Source of the DNA: Anthoceros angustus
Taxonomy: Eukaryota > Plantae > Anthocerotophyta
Direction: 5' to 3'
DNA: 64,000 nt
Assembly: GCA_010909165.1 (NCBI GenBank)
Contig: MU008212.1
Span: 62,001-126,000, forward strand
A program made the translations under genes and the position numbers. Under the pieces are notes generated by a model, which was given only the letters and a program-made list of their open reading frames with translations, did not search any database and was not told the origin of the DNA. Positions 1 through 14,916 of the stretch are shown piece after piece. Position 1 is the stretch's first letter. Each line of letters starts with the position of its first letter.

Positions 1-1061
1 CTACGATGTTGCTTGCAGTCCGGTGGGATTTGGGCAGGTCTCATTCCCTCGCCGTATCAATAATCGAATCGTCCAGAAGCCAGCGTACAGAACCACTATG
101 AAAAAAAAAAAGCCATCGTCAAGGACTTTAAAACCTGGATCCTTGATCCATTATGACAGGTAGTGTATGTATATTCGTAGCTGACAGCATTGGAGTAGGG
201 ACCTGGGGAGGGCGGTGTTCGGGATAGGCACGCCGGACTCCCTTGTGCGACTTCTTGAGCGTAGGACGTATAAACTTTGATAGATGTAGTGGATTATATT
301 AAATTTAATATATTAAATGGTAGGTTTGGGAGTCGATGTTAGATGGGAGCGGGGCGGTGGGAGAGAGTGGAATATCTGAATACACCTGAGAGAGAATGAA
401 GGCGGAGGCGAACGGGGGGAATGGATGGGAGGAGTCGGGTCCGGGATGAATGCGCGTACATTGTGCTATTTATGGAATGGTTTAACCTGGAGGCCGGGCT
501 GGAGATGATATCGGCGCTGAGTGGCCAGGTTGACCCATCCCCGTTTTCCATCGCACTTGCTGTTGCTGCCAGTGCCGAGCCGACGACGAGGCTGGCTAGG
601 GCCGAAGGTGTCGACTCGGGCCCGTCCCTTCGTACCACCTTCCGCCTGCTGGCCGCTGCTTCGTGCGCCTGCCCGCCTGTGTGTGTTGTGTGTGTCTTTG
701 GGAGAGACTGCCTCGTCTGCAGATCCTGCAGGGCATTATTCACATCGAGACGGGACCGGACGACCCCACCCTCTTCGTGTCGCAGATCACATCGAACTGT
801 GCCATCACCGTCTCGTCCACTCCGAGCTGTGTGAGAGCGGAGATGAGATGAGGTGAGGTTTTGTGGGCGATAGAGAGGTTTGTGGGCGGTAAGAGATAGC
901 CTTCCCGTATGCTGCTGGCAGGCCCGGTTGAGCGGCAGGAGGCGGAGGAGTACCTGGGCAAATGCGGTGCCTCGGCTCCTGCTGCTGCTGCTGCCGTGCG
1001 GGAGGAGGAGGGGCGGGAAGACAAGCAGGTGGGGTGGCGAAGATGACAAAGTTGGGTCGCC

Positions 1062-3944
<2,883 letters not shown>

Positions 3945-4362
3945 AAGGTGTTCTCGGTTGTTTGAAATAGATGCGCTCGGTATCCCCTTACAGTCGTACA
4001 ACCATATTCATGGGCTCAAGGAGTTCCCATGCTCTGCACCTCGTATAGTTGCACAGCCGTATTCATGTGCTCAATTAGTTTCCCCTATCGTCATGTCTCT
4101 TGAAAGCTGCATGTTGTGTATACTTTGATTCGTTGGTAACGGGAGCGAACTCTGAAGGCTCTGAAGTTTTGAACCCTTCGCGCCGAAACCTAAAACGAAG
4201 GCCGTGAAACGTAAAACTGCACATACACAATTTGTTAGGGCCTTTAAGAGTATTGTCCATCAGTTGGATACATTCTTGCAGTTGATGGGATTTGTTGATG
4301 CCTGTTTTCTTAGATCTCTAAAAATTAAGAGCCTAACTTACAGTAACAAGATATTTAGAAAT

Positions 4363-4610
4363 ACGGGCAAGCGTAAGAGCTGCGCAAAACCAAAAATCAC
4401 AAAAGTCATGGTAATGCTAGCTGAAGAGCCTTTCAAATGTCCACTTTGCGATCTTGAAACAGTGTATTATATCTTGAACAAGAAGACAAATAAGGTTAAA
4501 GCCATGTACGACGCTCGTGAAAAATATTTTGAGAATGAGATTCCTAACTTAAGCATGCAAATCGATGTCTAACGTAGCTAGGTTGACACGGTCCAAGGAG
4601 ACGGTGAGAA
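4363..4610 (+). pseudogene. ELF1: Intronless pseudogene of transcription elongation factor ELF1 (zinc ribbon)
   Basis: Reads (T)GKRKSCAKPK...FKCPLCD...KAMYDARE...IDV*RS*VD, against ELF1 MGKRKS...F.CPFC...C..C...IDVYS.WID. The start codon is ACG, the second CxxC is lost, and the Y and W codons have become TAA and TAG. Confidence 0.8.
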
Positions 4611-5255
4611 AGCGAAACTCATTATTTTGTTGGACTAGGCTAGTATTTGCATTTTCCTCGTCACGCTTGATTTGTGAACAGTTTGGACATATATATATGT
4701 TTTGGATTTGATTAAAGTTTTTTGAAATAAGTTATTCTAAAACATTAGTGGGTTGCTCCACAAATCAGCTGAAAATGCCAAGAAGGGGAAGAGGGCAACG
4801 ACCAAAAAGTGATCTTCATGTTTGAGTAAGTAAAAGAATAATCACTTGGCATATTGAGGAAGCATATAACATGTCTCACAAGGCACGCAGGAATAGTGCC
4901 AGGAATACAGTACACAGCACCATCTCCAAGACCAAATTGTGCCTTCTTAGAAATTGTATTTATATCAACCATAATTACAACTGTTTCGTGCTTGTGCACT
5001 TCTTAAGTGTGTGTGAATTTGTGTTAACTACCTTTCTAGAAGGTGGATAAGCCCTAATGCTGTAACAAGGCCTACTCCGTTTCTGACATGTCACCTTTTC
5101 GTTCCCGATCTGTTTACCGTTCTATTGCGGCTCCGTTGCTACCCTAATCCCTGACAGCTACTCCATCGTTCGCTATGAGCTTCCATATCTCCTTCTTTTG
5201 ATCCACTCTAGTACACTGAGATCTTCAAAAGACATCGCAACAGATCGATTGATAG

Positions 5256-5637
5256 GCTTTGATACCAAATGTGAGCGCACATGACGAGGGCCTTGACCGC
5301 AAGCGAGGCGAGGGGGCATGAACAAGAGAGTCATCTTGATCTTGGCGCGTAAGACTTGTAGCCCCGCGGCTTGGTCCATGTCAATGTCCAATTTGTGTAA
5401 CCCGAGGTTCTTGACTATGGTTTGCTAACTATGCACTAGTTAGTTAACCTAGGCTAGCATAACTATGGTTAGCGTGTGCCCAGCATCTATCTTCCAATCT
5501 GGCCAGCTGATATGGCAGAGCTCGCCTCAAATCGGCGGGAGACGTCCTTGCACGAGGTTGCAGACATTGTAGCATCCTGCACATTCTGCCACATGTAGAG
5601 AGGGTCCTTCCCTCCCAGCTCAAGCTGAGCCTACAAA
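5256..5637 (-). mobile_element. Remnant of an LTR retrotransposon: tRNA-iMet PBS plus an LTR end, apparently interrupted by the CACTA element
   Basis: gctttgatacca-aa-TGT at 5256-5272 reads on the minus strand as ...ACA-tt-TGGTATCAAAGC. Confidence 0.55.
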
Positions 5638-6384
5638 CACTACTACAATTTGACGGGCAATAAGACGTGGTACATGACACGTTTGAGAGGACGTTTTAAC
5701 TGCGTTGTAAAGTTAAGACAAACTTGAGCATTTGATACGTCCTGCTTGCTTGTCTCTCCTCGCAAACGATGCCGACACTGTGCGTTTCACCCTACGTCTT
5801 TCAGCACTCAAGTCCGGTCACCATGTCGACGGGGCGGGCACAACAAACCCGTGGTAGCCGGGAATAACATGACAAGGGCCGCAAACCCAACGGTCATGCT
5901 CAGGAGTCAAACGCTCAAACCAACGGGCACCTTGTCGAGATAGGCCCGTGACTGCTAATGGATTGGTGAGAATGAGTGTGCAACCAGGCGAGGACTCGCA
6001 ACATCTTCCAGCTGGGCCCCTGCTTTTGCGAAAGCAACGCCCAACGCTTGCCTACCCTTCCCCGTCACCATGTCCGCTCCCCGAAGGAACAAAGACATCC
6101 CAGAAATCCCTTGCCCTTGCCCTGCTTGCAAGCCACGAAATCGGAAAGCCCGCGCCGACATCTCGAGGAGGCATGTCATCCATCATGCACGATACGCGCA
6201 CAGGTGAGGCAAAGGGTGTTCGACCGCTGTTTTCTTCTGCACTAGCGGGGTTGAAGTCCGGCAGTAAGGGCTATGTTCATCATTGACTTCCAACTGTGTG
6301 TAGCTCCTTCGATCAGGCCGGCCTCTCCCACCGCTATACCTAGCCGCTGATGCTGACGAAGACGCGCCAAGCGCCGACCTGGAT

Positions 6385-7095
6385 GTGGGTGAACACGGCA
6401 ACATTCCAGCAGACGGGTTTGTGTCCGATGTAGCAGATGGATGCGCCCACGAGTCGGGCGGCATTACCGACACAGATGGGACTGGTGGGGATGGAGATGA
6501 GGCCTTCCCACCCTACCTTCAGGATCCTAGTAGACCGGATTCGTTCATCGCATTGGAGCAGGAGGCAAGCATTCCATTGTGGGAATGCACCCTGCCTGAG
6601 AAATCTCAGCAGAGCAGGCTGAGCGCTATCCTTGCGCTCTTGTTCATACAAGAGCGCTTTCATATCTCCGACTCAGCAATGTCGGCAATATTTGCCATCC
6701 TCTCCTCCACTCTTCTCCCTTCGGGAAATTCCATGCCCGGTAGCCACCAGGAGGCTCGGCAGAACCTCATGGGTTGAGTCGACTGCTGCGGATCGATTGT
6801 CAGGTGCGAAACTGCTGCCTATTTCGGGGAGCATGCCGAGACCCACTGCTTTTTGTGGTGAGCCGCGCTTCGAGCAATGTGTCTCTGGCAACACAGTTCC
6901 CCGGAAGACAATGTGGCACTTCCCTATCCTTGAGCGATCATGAGGCTCTTTTCGCGGAGACTGCGGAGCTCACTTTGTGGGCATCCCACAGAAGTGTAGA
7001 TGGGAAAATCGCATCTGGCCGATACTCCTTGGAAGGCTTGATGGAGTGGATGGGTTTGGCGAGGCGAACATTCGCTTCTTTAATTTGTCGACGGG
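6385..7095 (+). pseudogene. CACTA transposase N-terminal part, copy 1 (frameshifted)
   Basis: LALLFIQERFHISDSAMSAIF...RIDC.VRNCCLFRG...CGEPRF...PRKTMWHFPILER. Confidence 0.85.
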
Positions 7096-10000
7096 AACAC
7101 GATAATTTTGAAGGGGTTAATAATCAAGGGTTTTCCGCAAATAATCTCGAAGGGGTTTTCCATAAATAATCTACGAAGGGGTTTTGATGGGCCCTAAAAC
7201 AGCTTTTGAAGGCATTCGGAAAACAACTCAAAAAGGGTGTCACCAAAAAGTTACTACTTTCCATCTAGCAATGTTTGTGTCGAATGGTGGTCGCAACTCG
7301 AACCTAGGGAATGATGCAAAGTAGGAACGGTGAGGAAGGCCGTTCTGCCGCAGACGATCAGAACTCGCTTTTGGGATGGAAATGTGGTTTTGTTATGACA
7401 CCACAAAAGCCACATGTGGTATTTCCTAACACGAAACATCGAACCGGACTTACAACATTAACTCGGGACCCCGGAAAACGAGATTTCGCCACTCATCCCG
7501 AGTTCAATCCATCGTCATCACTTGGTCCGACTTCTCCTCCATTGTCATCACTATCTTCGACACTTTCACTCGCAGTTGTATGAAGCCACGCAACTCGCAG
7601 AGCTTATCCCTTATCGCTTTTTGTCCACCGCATGATGTTTCGTCGTTCAACACAAACCCATAACAGATGACGTTTCATTCACAAATACCTCTGTATGTTT
7701 TTAGGTAATGGATCTTATTCCCTTTTTCCTCGGCATTGGACGGATGGGTTACCACTCGCGGACTATGTGTTCCCGCATATCTCCCTTCATACGCATCTAT
7801 GTGCTCGGTCCGATACTAGTGGATAAGAAAGTGAGGTCGTGGTGCGTTTAGCTTCACGTCAATGACCTCCCCAATCCGAATGGCCTGTATGCATGTCCGT
7901 ATTGCACGCTCCAAAACATCCTCTCGGTTCGTTATGTCCCCATTCATCGTGCCATTTCCAGATTGCCTTCCCGCATTTTGATATGCCCCAAATACATATC
8001 ACTGTGGAGGTCCCTCAATAATGCCTCATCTAGCAAAGCTTCATCCGCACTTGAAGTGGTCAGTCAGTATGATCCACTTCGCACGTGAAAACCACTTCCA
8101 AGGACGTAGCACTAGCCCAATGTTATTCTCCACAACGATAGCAATCTCCTTCCGGTCCACCCAAAGGCTTCCCACCACTTATACTCTTCAACAATCACCT
8201 ATGGACGCAAATCTTTTAACCCTTCCCGCAAATGGGCCACACCTTCCATCGGTGATAGGATACCGTTCCTTCTTGTCCCCCTAGCTTCACCATGCACCGT
8301 AGGATGGTGCTAAGGAGGCGCCGGCCGGCCGGCCGGCGCCTCCCCATGTCTGCTCATGGGCGCCCGGCGGCGCGCCTCCCCTAACACACCGCCCATGGGC
8401 GCCGGCCGGCCGGCGCCTCCCCTAACACACCCTACCTTCGTGGATCCTAGTAGACCGGATTCGCTCATCGCATTGGAGCGGAGGCAAGCATTCCATTGTG
8501 GGAATGCACCGCCTCGAGAAATCTCGCCAGAGCGGTGGCGCTATCCTTGCGCTCTTGTTCATACAAGAGCGCTTTCATATCTCCGACTCAGCAATGTCGG
8601 CAATATTTGCCATCCTCTCCTCCACTCTTCTCCCTTCGGGAAATTCCATGCCCGGTAGCCACCAGGAGGCTCGGCAGAACCTCATGCGGGTTGGTCAGAC
8701 CGCGCGGCGGATCGATTGCTGTGTGCGAAACTGCTGCCTATTTCGGGGGGAGCATGCTGGGGAGACTGCCTGCCTGTTTTGTGGTGAGCCGCGCTTCGAG
8801 CAATGTGTCTCTGGCAACACAGTTCCCCGGAAGACAATGTGGCACTTCCCTATCCTTGAGCGACTGCGGAGGCTCTTTTCCAGTGCAGAGACCGCGGCAG
8901 AGCTCACTTTGTGGGCATCCCACAGAAGTGTAGATGGGAAAATGCGCATCCTGGCTGATACTCCAGCTTGGAAACAGCTTGATGGAGTGGATGGGTTTGG
9001 CCGCGAGGACAGGAACATTCGGCTTATGTTTGTACCGACGAACACGATAATTTTGAAGGGGTTAATCTCAAGGGTTTTCCGCAAATAATCTCTCAAGGGG
9101 TTTTGATGGGCCCTAAAACAGCTTTTGAAGGCATTCGGAAAAGCCCAAAAAGGGTGTCACCAAAAGTTACTACTTTCCATCTAGCAATGTTTGTGTCGAA
9201 TGGTGGTCGCAAACCCAACCTAGGGAAATAATGCAAAGTAGGAACGGTGAGGAAGGCCGTTCTGCCGCAGACGATCAGAACTCGCTTTTGGGATGGAAAT
9301 GTGGTTTTGTTATGACACCACAAAAGCCACGACAGGTATTTCCTAACACGTAAACATCAAGAACGGACTTACAACATTAACTCGGGACCCCGAAAACGAG
9401 ATTTCGCCACTCATCCCGAGTTCAATCCATCGTCATCACTTGGTCCTTCTCCTCCATTGTCATCACTATCTTCGCGACACTTTCACTCGCAGTTGTATGA
9501 AGCCACGCAACTCGCAGAGCTTATCCCTTATCGCTTTTTGTCCACCGTGACATACAATGTTTCCGCATGCTCAACACAAACCCATAATAGATGACGTTTC
9601 ATTCACAAATACCCCGTATGTTTTTAGGTAATGGATCTTATTCCCTTTTTCCCAAGACCGGATGGGTTACCACTCGCGGACTATGTGTTCCCGCACATAT
9701 CTCCCTTCATACGCATCTATGTGCTCGGTCCGATACTAGTGGATAAGAAAGTGAGGTCGCAGCGCTTAGCTTCACGTCAATGACCTCCCCAATCCGTAAT
9801 GGCCTGTATGCATGTCCGTATTGCACGGCACGCCGTAAACATCCTCTCGATTATGTCCCCATTCATCCGCCATTTCCAGCTTGCCTTCCCGCATTTTGAT
9901 ATGCCCCAAATACATATCACGCGTGGAGGTCCCTCAATAATGCCTCATCTAGCAAAGCTTCATCCGGCACTTGAAGTGGTCAGATGATCCACTTCGCACG

Positions 10001-10260
10001 TGAAAACCACTTCCAAGGACGCTGTAGCACTAGCCCAATGTTATTCTCCACAACGATAGCAATCTCCTTCCGTCCAACAAAGGCTTCCCACCACTTATAC
10101 TCTTCAACACCACCTATGGATGCAAATCTTTTAACCCTTCCAAAATGGGCCACACCTTCCATCGGTGATAGGATACTGCCCTTCTTGTCCCCCTAGCTTC
10201 ACCCGTATGCACCGTAGGATGGTGCAGGAGGCGCCGGCCGGCCGCCCCCAAAGATGCTCG
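6510..10260. repeat. ~1.9-kb tandem duplication (about 6510-8430 versus 8430-10260)
   Basis: Colinear near-identical text, e.g. ggatcctagtagaccggattcg at ~6522 and ~8442; differences are mostly small indels. Confidence 0.9.
8498..9040 (+). pseudogene. CACTA transposase N-terminal part, copy 2
   Basis: RIDCCVRNCCLFRG..CLFCGEPRF..HFPILERLRRLF..ADTPAWKQLD..RNIRL, ending at ACC GAC G (TD of the TDGINP motif). Confidence 0.9.
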
Positions 10261-10597
10261 CATGGGGCCGGCCGGCCGCCCCTAGCACACCGCCATGGCC
10301 GGCGCCGGCGCCTCCCCTATACCCATGGCCGGCCGCCCCCCAACACGCCCGCGCCGGCCGGCCGGCCGCCGCCTCCCCTAGCACACCGCCCATGGCGCCG
10401 GCCGGCCGCCCCTAGCACACCGCCCATGGGCGCCGGCCGCCGCCCCTAGCACACCGCCCATGCCGGCGCCCAACACGCCATGCCTGCCCATGGCGCCGGC
10501 CGCCCCCAACACGCCATGCCTTGCCCATGGGCGCCGGCCGGCCGCGCCTCACCTGCCCTACCCATGGGCGCCGGCCGGCCGGCGCCCTCCTCCTAGG
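10228..10597. repeat. GC-rich palindromic minisatellite (~35-40 bp units, cccatgggcgccggccggccggcgcctcccctagcacaccg); shorter copy at 8313-8430
   Basis: Repeated units are directly visible and the outer ends are roughly inverted (aggaggcgccggccggcc...ggccggccggcgccctcct). Confidence 0.85.
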
Positions 10598-11121
10598 CTG
10601 TCTTCCAAAAAATAAATATTTAGCGCCTCAAGAGTAACTCAACCATGGATTGTTGGTCTAGTGTTTGGGAAATAAGTGTAGTAACGAATAGGTTTCGTGT
10701 TCAAACCTCGTGCCTCCTCAATAGTTCAATTTTGTTGATTTTAAGGATGCTTGCATGGGCGCATGGGCAACTAACTTTGTTCATTTTAAGGACGTTGGCA
10801 TTGCCTTAAAGCCCAAGTGGTTGCATTGAGTGCCAGAAGGTTGAAGACCACGACTGGCGACCTTTTGGATGAGGGTCAGCAGACCCTAGATCTTTGTGTG
10901 GATCGACACCGTCAGGCCCAAGAATGATACTATTGAAGACGAGCAAGCAATGGAGGAGAACGACAACTTCGAGGCGGAGGATATGGACCGCCTCGAATAT
11001 GGCGGTGGTACTTGACTCGCGCAAGGCATGGATGAGTCGCCGGCCGCACTCTTGAATGGCTATTGTCGATGCCGATGACCACTTCCTCCTTGATTGTTTG
11101 TTGCAATGTTCTCACGACCAC

Positions 11122-11622
11122 TTAAATGAGACTCCGCTAATGAGTTGTTTTCATTGTGTTCCACCACTTGAAAGTAAAAGTTTTCGGTTGTAATAAACAT
11201 ATGAAAATGGCAGCCCTCTATGCATTCTACTAAAGCATAAGCGGGCCACACCCTCATGCTCCAGTTCTCGGGTGTAGACTTGAAAGTGCATCTTTTATCA
11301 AAGATATGACCTCGGAAAGGGTGTGTGCATTATCAAAGTAGGGCACATATCTTTGTTCTAGGTAAGGTGTTCTTAAATGAGACTCCGCTAGTACAGATTG
11401 TTTTCATTGTGTTCCACCACTTGAAAGTAAAAGTTTTCGGTTGTAATAAACATATGAAAATGGCAGCCCTCTATGCATTCTACTAAACGCAACGGGCCCA
11501 CACCCCATCGGCTCAGTTCTCGGTGTAGACTTGAAAGTGCATCTTTATCAAAGATATGACCTCGTAAAGGGTGTGTGCATTATCAAAGTAGGGCACATAT
11601 GCTGTTCTAGGTAAGGTGTTCT
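11122..11622. repeat. ~250-bp tandem duplication inside the TIR element
   Basis: ttaaatgagactccgcta...gttctaggtaaggtgttct occurs twice in tandem. Confidence 0.9.
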
Positions 11623-11691
11623 TCGTGACAAGGGGGTGCTGTCTCGGCCGAAGGGGGTCAGTATATCCCCCCCTTCAAAAATTATCATGTT

Positions 11692-13721
11692 CGGGATAAA
11701 TCCATCCGGTCACAGGTCCTCAGCGTACAGTATCTGGCCAGTTCTACTCATAATCCACAATATACCCCCATGGGTTGGGACCAAGCGACATCGGATTCTC
11801 ATGCCTATCATAGTACCCGGCCCGAAACAGGTTGGCAACATGGACGTGTTTTTGGAGCCTTTGCTGGAAGAGCTCGGCATTCTGTGGAATGGAACCCCCG
11901 TGGTTGATCACTCCAAGCCGGTAGGGCACCCTGACTGTGTTTTCAACATGCGTGGAGCACTGGTCAATGCAATATGTGATTATCCCGGTCTTGGGAGCCT
12001 GTTCGGATTACAAGTACGTGGGTACAGATGTTGTGTAGACTGCGGAGCGGGCTTAGAAGCCCGATGGTCCCAAGGGCTGGACAAGGTTATTTGTGACGGA
12101 CATCGGCGATGGTGTTCATTGCCTGACGATCTTCGGCGGTTGAATTCTTTAACAATGACATGGAATTGAGACCAAGACCTCGATGAGATGAATGCATATG
12201 TGTTAGCTGCCAGCCAAGGCAATGTAGACGGTCATGTGTGGGGTGTGAAGCGGAAATCTGCTTTCTTCAACCACTTGCCGTACCTCGCATCCATCCATAA
12301 GCTATGGCTCAAGGATGTGATGCACGTTGAAGTCAATAACTGCCAGGCATTATGGAAGCTCATTAGTGGCACACTTGACACGCACAATGCAAGGATGGAT
12401 TTGGAGGATTTAGACTCCAAGCCCTGGTTATGGGCTGTATGGGAAAACGAGGAGCCACATTATCCAGTTGCATCCTATGTGTTGCCGCGAGTTGATTTGG
12501 ATGCTATTAAGCTTGAGATATCCCGGATCAAGCCCCCAACCGGGTTTGGATCAAACTTGCATACATGCTTTACTGGACCGAAAGTGACAGGTCTGAAATC
12601 GCACGATTGGCATCTCCTTATGCAGTACTTCCTCCCCATAGCACTCCGAGGTCGATTGGAGGGGAAAGAGTACAATGCCTTTGCTGCACTTAGTGGCATG
12701 TACCGCTGGCTTTGCCAGAAATCAATTACTATTGCTGACATCCCGGGCTGGAAAAGCGAAGTGGTGGACATCATGATCAAACTGGAGAAGCACTTCCCAT
12801 CATGCATTTGCAATCCAATGCAACATCTCATTGTTCATTTGGTAGATGAGGTCGAGAGTCATGGCACAGTCCATGCTAGATGGATGTACCCTATAGAAAG
12901 ACACATGCATGTGCTGAAGCAGTATGTTCGACAGAAAGCTAAGCCTGAAGGCAGTATGTCATCAGGTTATCTTGCGAATAAACCATGTACATCACGGCAG
13001 AGTACCTGAAGGGCAAAGCGCCACAGCATGCCGCGCTTTTTCATTTCGGAGACGACGACCGAAAGTCTGAGGAGCCAATTGGTAAAGCGACGCCACGGAC
13101 ACTGGACCATGACGAACATACCAGACTCCACTGGCACTTTCTTGACCATGAGGCTATGCCGATTCGCCCAATTACCCCGTGTACTGGAAGTTCGGATTGG
13201 CTCGCGTGTGTCCGGAAGGCCGATGGCGACTGCCCGATTACAGTGACATATGCAGCATCATTAGTGGTCCGAAGTTAACCCTGAACACGTACCGCGGGTT
13301 GGACACCAGAGGCTTTCACTACCGGACAATGACAGCAAATGCAACGCGCAGTGCCACCCAGGATTGTTGGGTCGGTGGAAAGTTCGGCCGGGGAAAGGGC
13401 GAGTCCCAGTATTTTGGGAAAATCAAAGATATCCTCGACGTCGAATTTGATGTGGGGGCGCTTTCGACGTTCATCTTCAACGTCCATTGGTTTCAATGCT
13501 CCACTACGACCAGCCCACCCAGCATGACCGATGATTTCAGCGGATTCAAGAGCGTGGACACCAATAAACCATATAGATATGGCAGGAATAGGCGGATGGG
13601 TCCCTTCAGTTTTCCAGTGCACTTAACGCAGGCTCTGGCTCATCCAGATGTGATGCCCAATCACGAAGGCTTGTTCATTTGCACAGAAATTCCATCCAGG
13701 TGGGACTCTGAGCTGGAATAA
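11692..13721 (+). pseudogene. CACTA transposase core and C-terminus (Transposase_21 / DUF4218 / DUF4216-type regions), with one stop and frameshifts
   Basis: GINP..SAYSIWPV, PGPKQ..MDVFLEPL, ICDYPG, CVDC, DVMH, GLKSHDWH, HLIVHL, WMYPIER, KPEGSM, YFGKIKDI, HWF. Confidence 0.93.
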
Positions 13722-14092
13722 GTGCACCGTGCTGTCATGAATGCTCTGGGCATGCCCTACTGGCATTTAAGGACACCTTGGGGGTGCAGGACAATACGCT
13801 CCGGTGATGCAGTCCAAAGGGCGCAGGACAGTACGCCCCGGTGAGGCAGGACTTCACGCGCCAAAAGGACGTCAGCGTGCAAGTAGCCCAGGCGCAGCGA
13901 AGGGGCTTGAATACTGACATACATCACGGGGATCACTTTGACTAAAGGGAGCCTAGACCACATGGCCATAGCCGGAGTACTCATATCACATGATGTCACT
14001 TCATCGTCCGTGGACTCTTCATTTCGCATGTCTGCTAGTTGAGAGCTATGGACACTCGCGATGGCCAGCTCGGTCGTTGCAACAGACGTCTC

Positions 14093-14299
14093 TGTTCGGG
14101 TTGAACCATGGTCAGAGTGTGCAAGGAAGGAGGAACATGATCTGATTAAGAATACAAAACAATGAATACAAAAATAGTGTCTGAGTATGTTTGATATACT
14201 AAGCACCTATGCAACCCTTCGCTAGACACCCCTTCACTAAATAACCATAACTAACCCTGAGGTTGAACCCTAAGCGAGTAAGATTAAACCCTCTCAACA
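14093..14299 (-). repeat. 3' LTR of the copia element
   Basis: tgttcggg...ctctcaaca followed by ccctctcttaagc (PPT on the minus strand). Confidence 0.95.
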
Positions 14300-14442
14300 C
14301 CCTCTCTTAAGCGAAACAAGCTTAGGGAGATGGGGCGCAACGAGGGAGGACAAAGATCATGCGTGGGCAAGATGCACAAGGAAGGTCAGCGTAATCGACT
14401 ACGCCCCAACTACTGGTAGCAAGGACGCGTGAGCTGGAGAAG

Positions 14443-14916
14443 ATGGAGGCTATAAACATAGCCTCAGCCTACGCTGCGCTCCTTACTGCTGTCTTCACTT
14501 GCGCCCAAGTGACGAGAATCATTCTCTGGAGCACGATGCCTACCAGTCAGCAACCTAGTCGAGAAGGGGGTGGAGACAGAACTCAGAGAGCACGCCCTGC
14601 TCAGCGTCCAGTTGAGGAGTGGGATGAGAGCCATCTGATGGGCTCTACCATCAGCATCGGTGGCTGGAAGGTGTTGATTAACGTAACCCTGTGCTGGAAG
14701 AAGCCTGCGAGGGAAGAGGAGCAGCCTGAGGATAACGGAGACGAGACAAATCTCCTAAGGCCACTCCAGGAGGCTGAGAGACTTCTTCAGAGACTGAAGA
14801 GGCTACAGGAAGAAGAGGAGAGGGCCATCCACCAGGTGATTGGAAAAACGTGGAGCTTCATCCACCTGTCTGGTCGCTACAAGTCTGTGACGCTGTTGTG
14901 TGTGTGTGTGTGCTAA
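14443..14916 (+). CDS. Hypothetical antisense ORF between copia pol and the 3' LTR (possible start at ATG 14536)
   Basis: 157-aa open frame with an acidic/coiled-coil stretch LQEAERLLQRLKRLQEEEERA; ctataaa at ~14450. Confidence 0.4.
   Translation: MEAINIASAYAALLTAVFTCAQVTRIILWSTMPTSQQPSREGGGDRTQRARPAQRPVEEWDESHLMGSTISIGGWKVLINVTLCWKKPAREEEQPEDNGDETNLLRPLQEAERLLQRLKRLQEEEERAIHQVIGKTWSFIHLSGRYKSVTLLCVCVC

Larger units (their letters stand above)
9041..11691 (-). mobile_element. Non-autonomous TIR DNA transposon (Sola-like remnant) inserted into the CACTA transposase; partial duplicate at 7096-8430
   Basis: Left end AACACGATAATTTTGAAGGGG, right end CCCCTTCAAAAATTATCATGTT. Removing it restores ACC GAC GGG ATA AAT CCA (TDGINP). 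Confidence 0.85.
5638..13721 (+). mobile_element. CACTA/EnSpm DNA transposon (left end and transposase; right end not identified)
   Basis: Left terminus CACTACTACAA at 5638, followed by TnpD-type transposase segments. Confidence 0.85.

Noticed and set aside
4745-4999. 84-aa minus-strand ORF faintly resembling a Tpt1/KptA C-terminus
   Set aside because: Similarity is too weak to support by eye, and no flanking exons were found.
10228-10597. CRISPR-like repeat array
   Set aside because: No unique spacers, eukaryotic TE context and no cas genes; it is a minisatellite.
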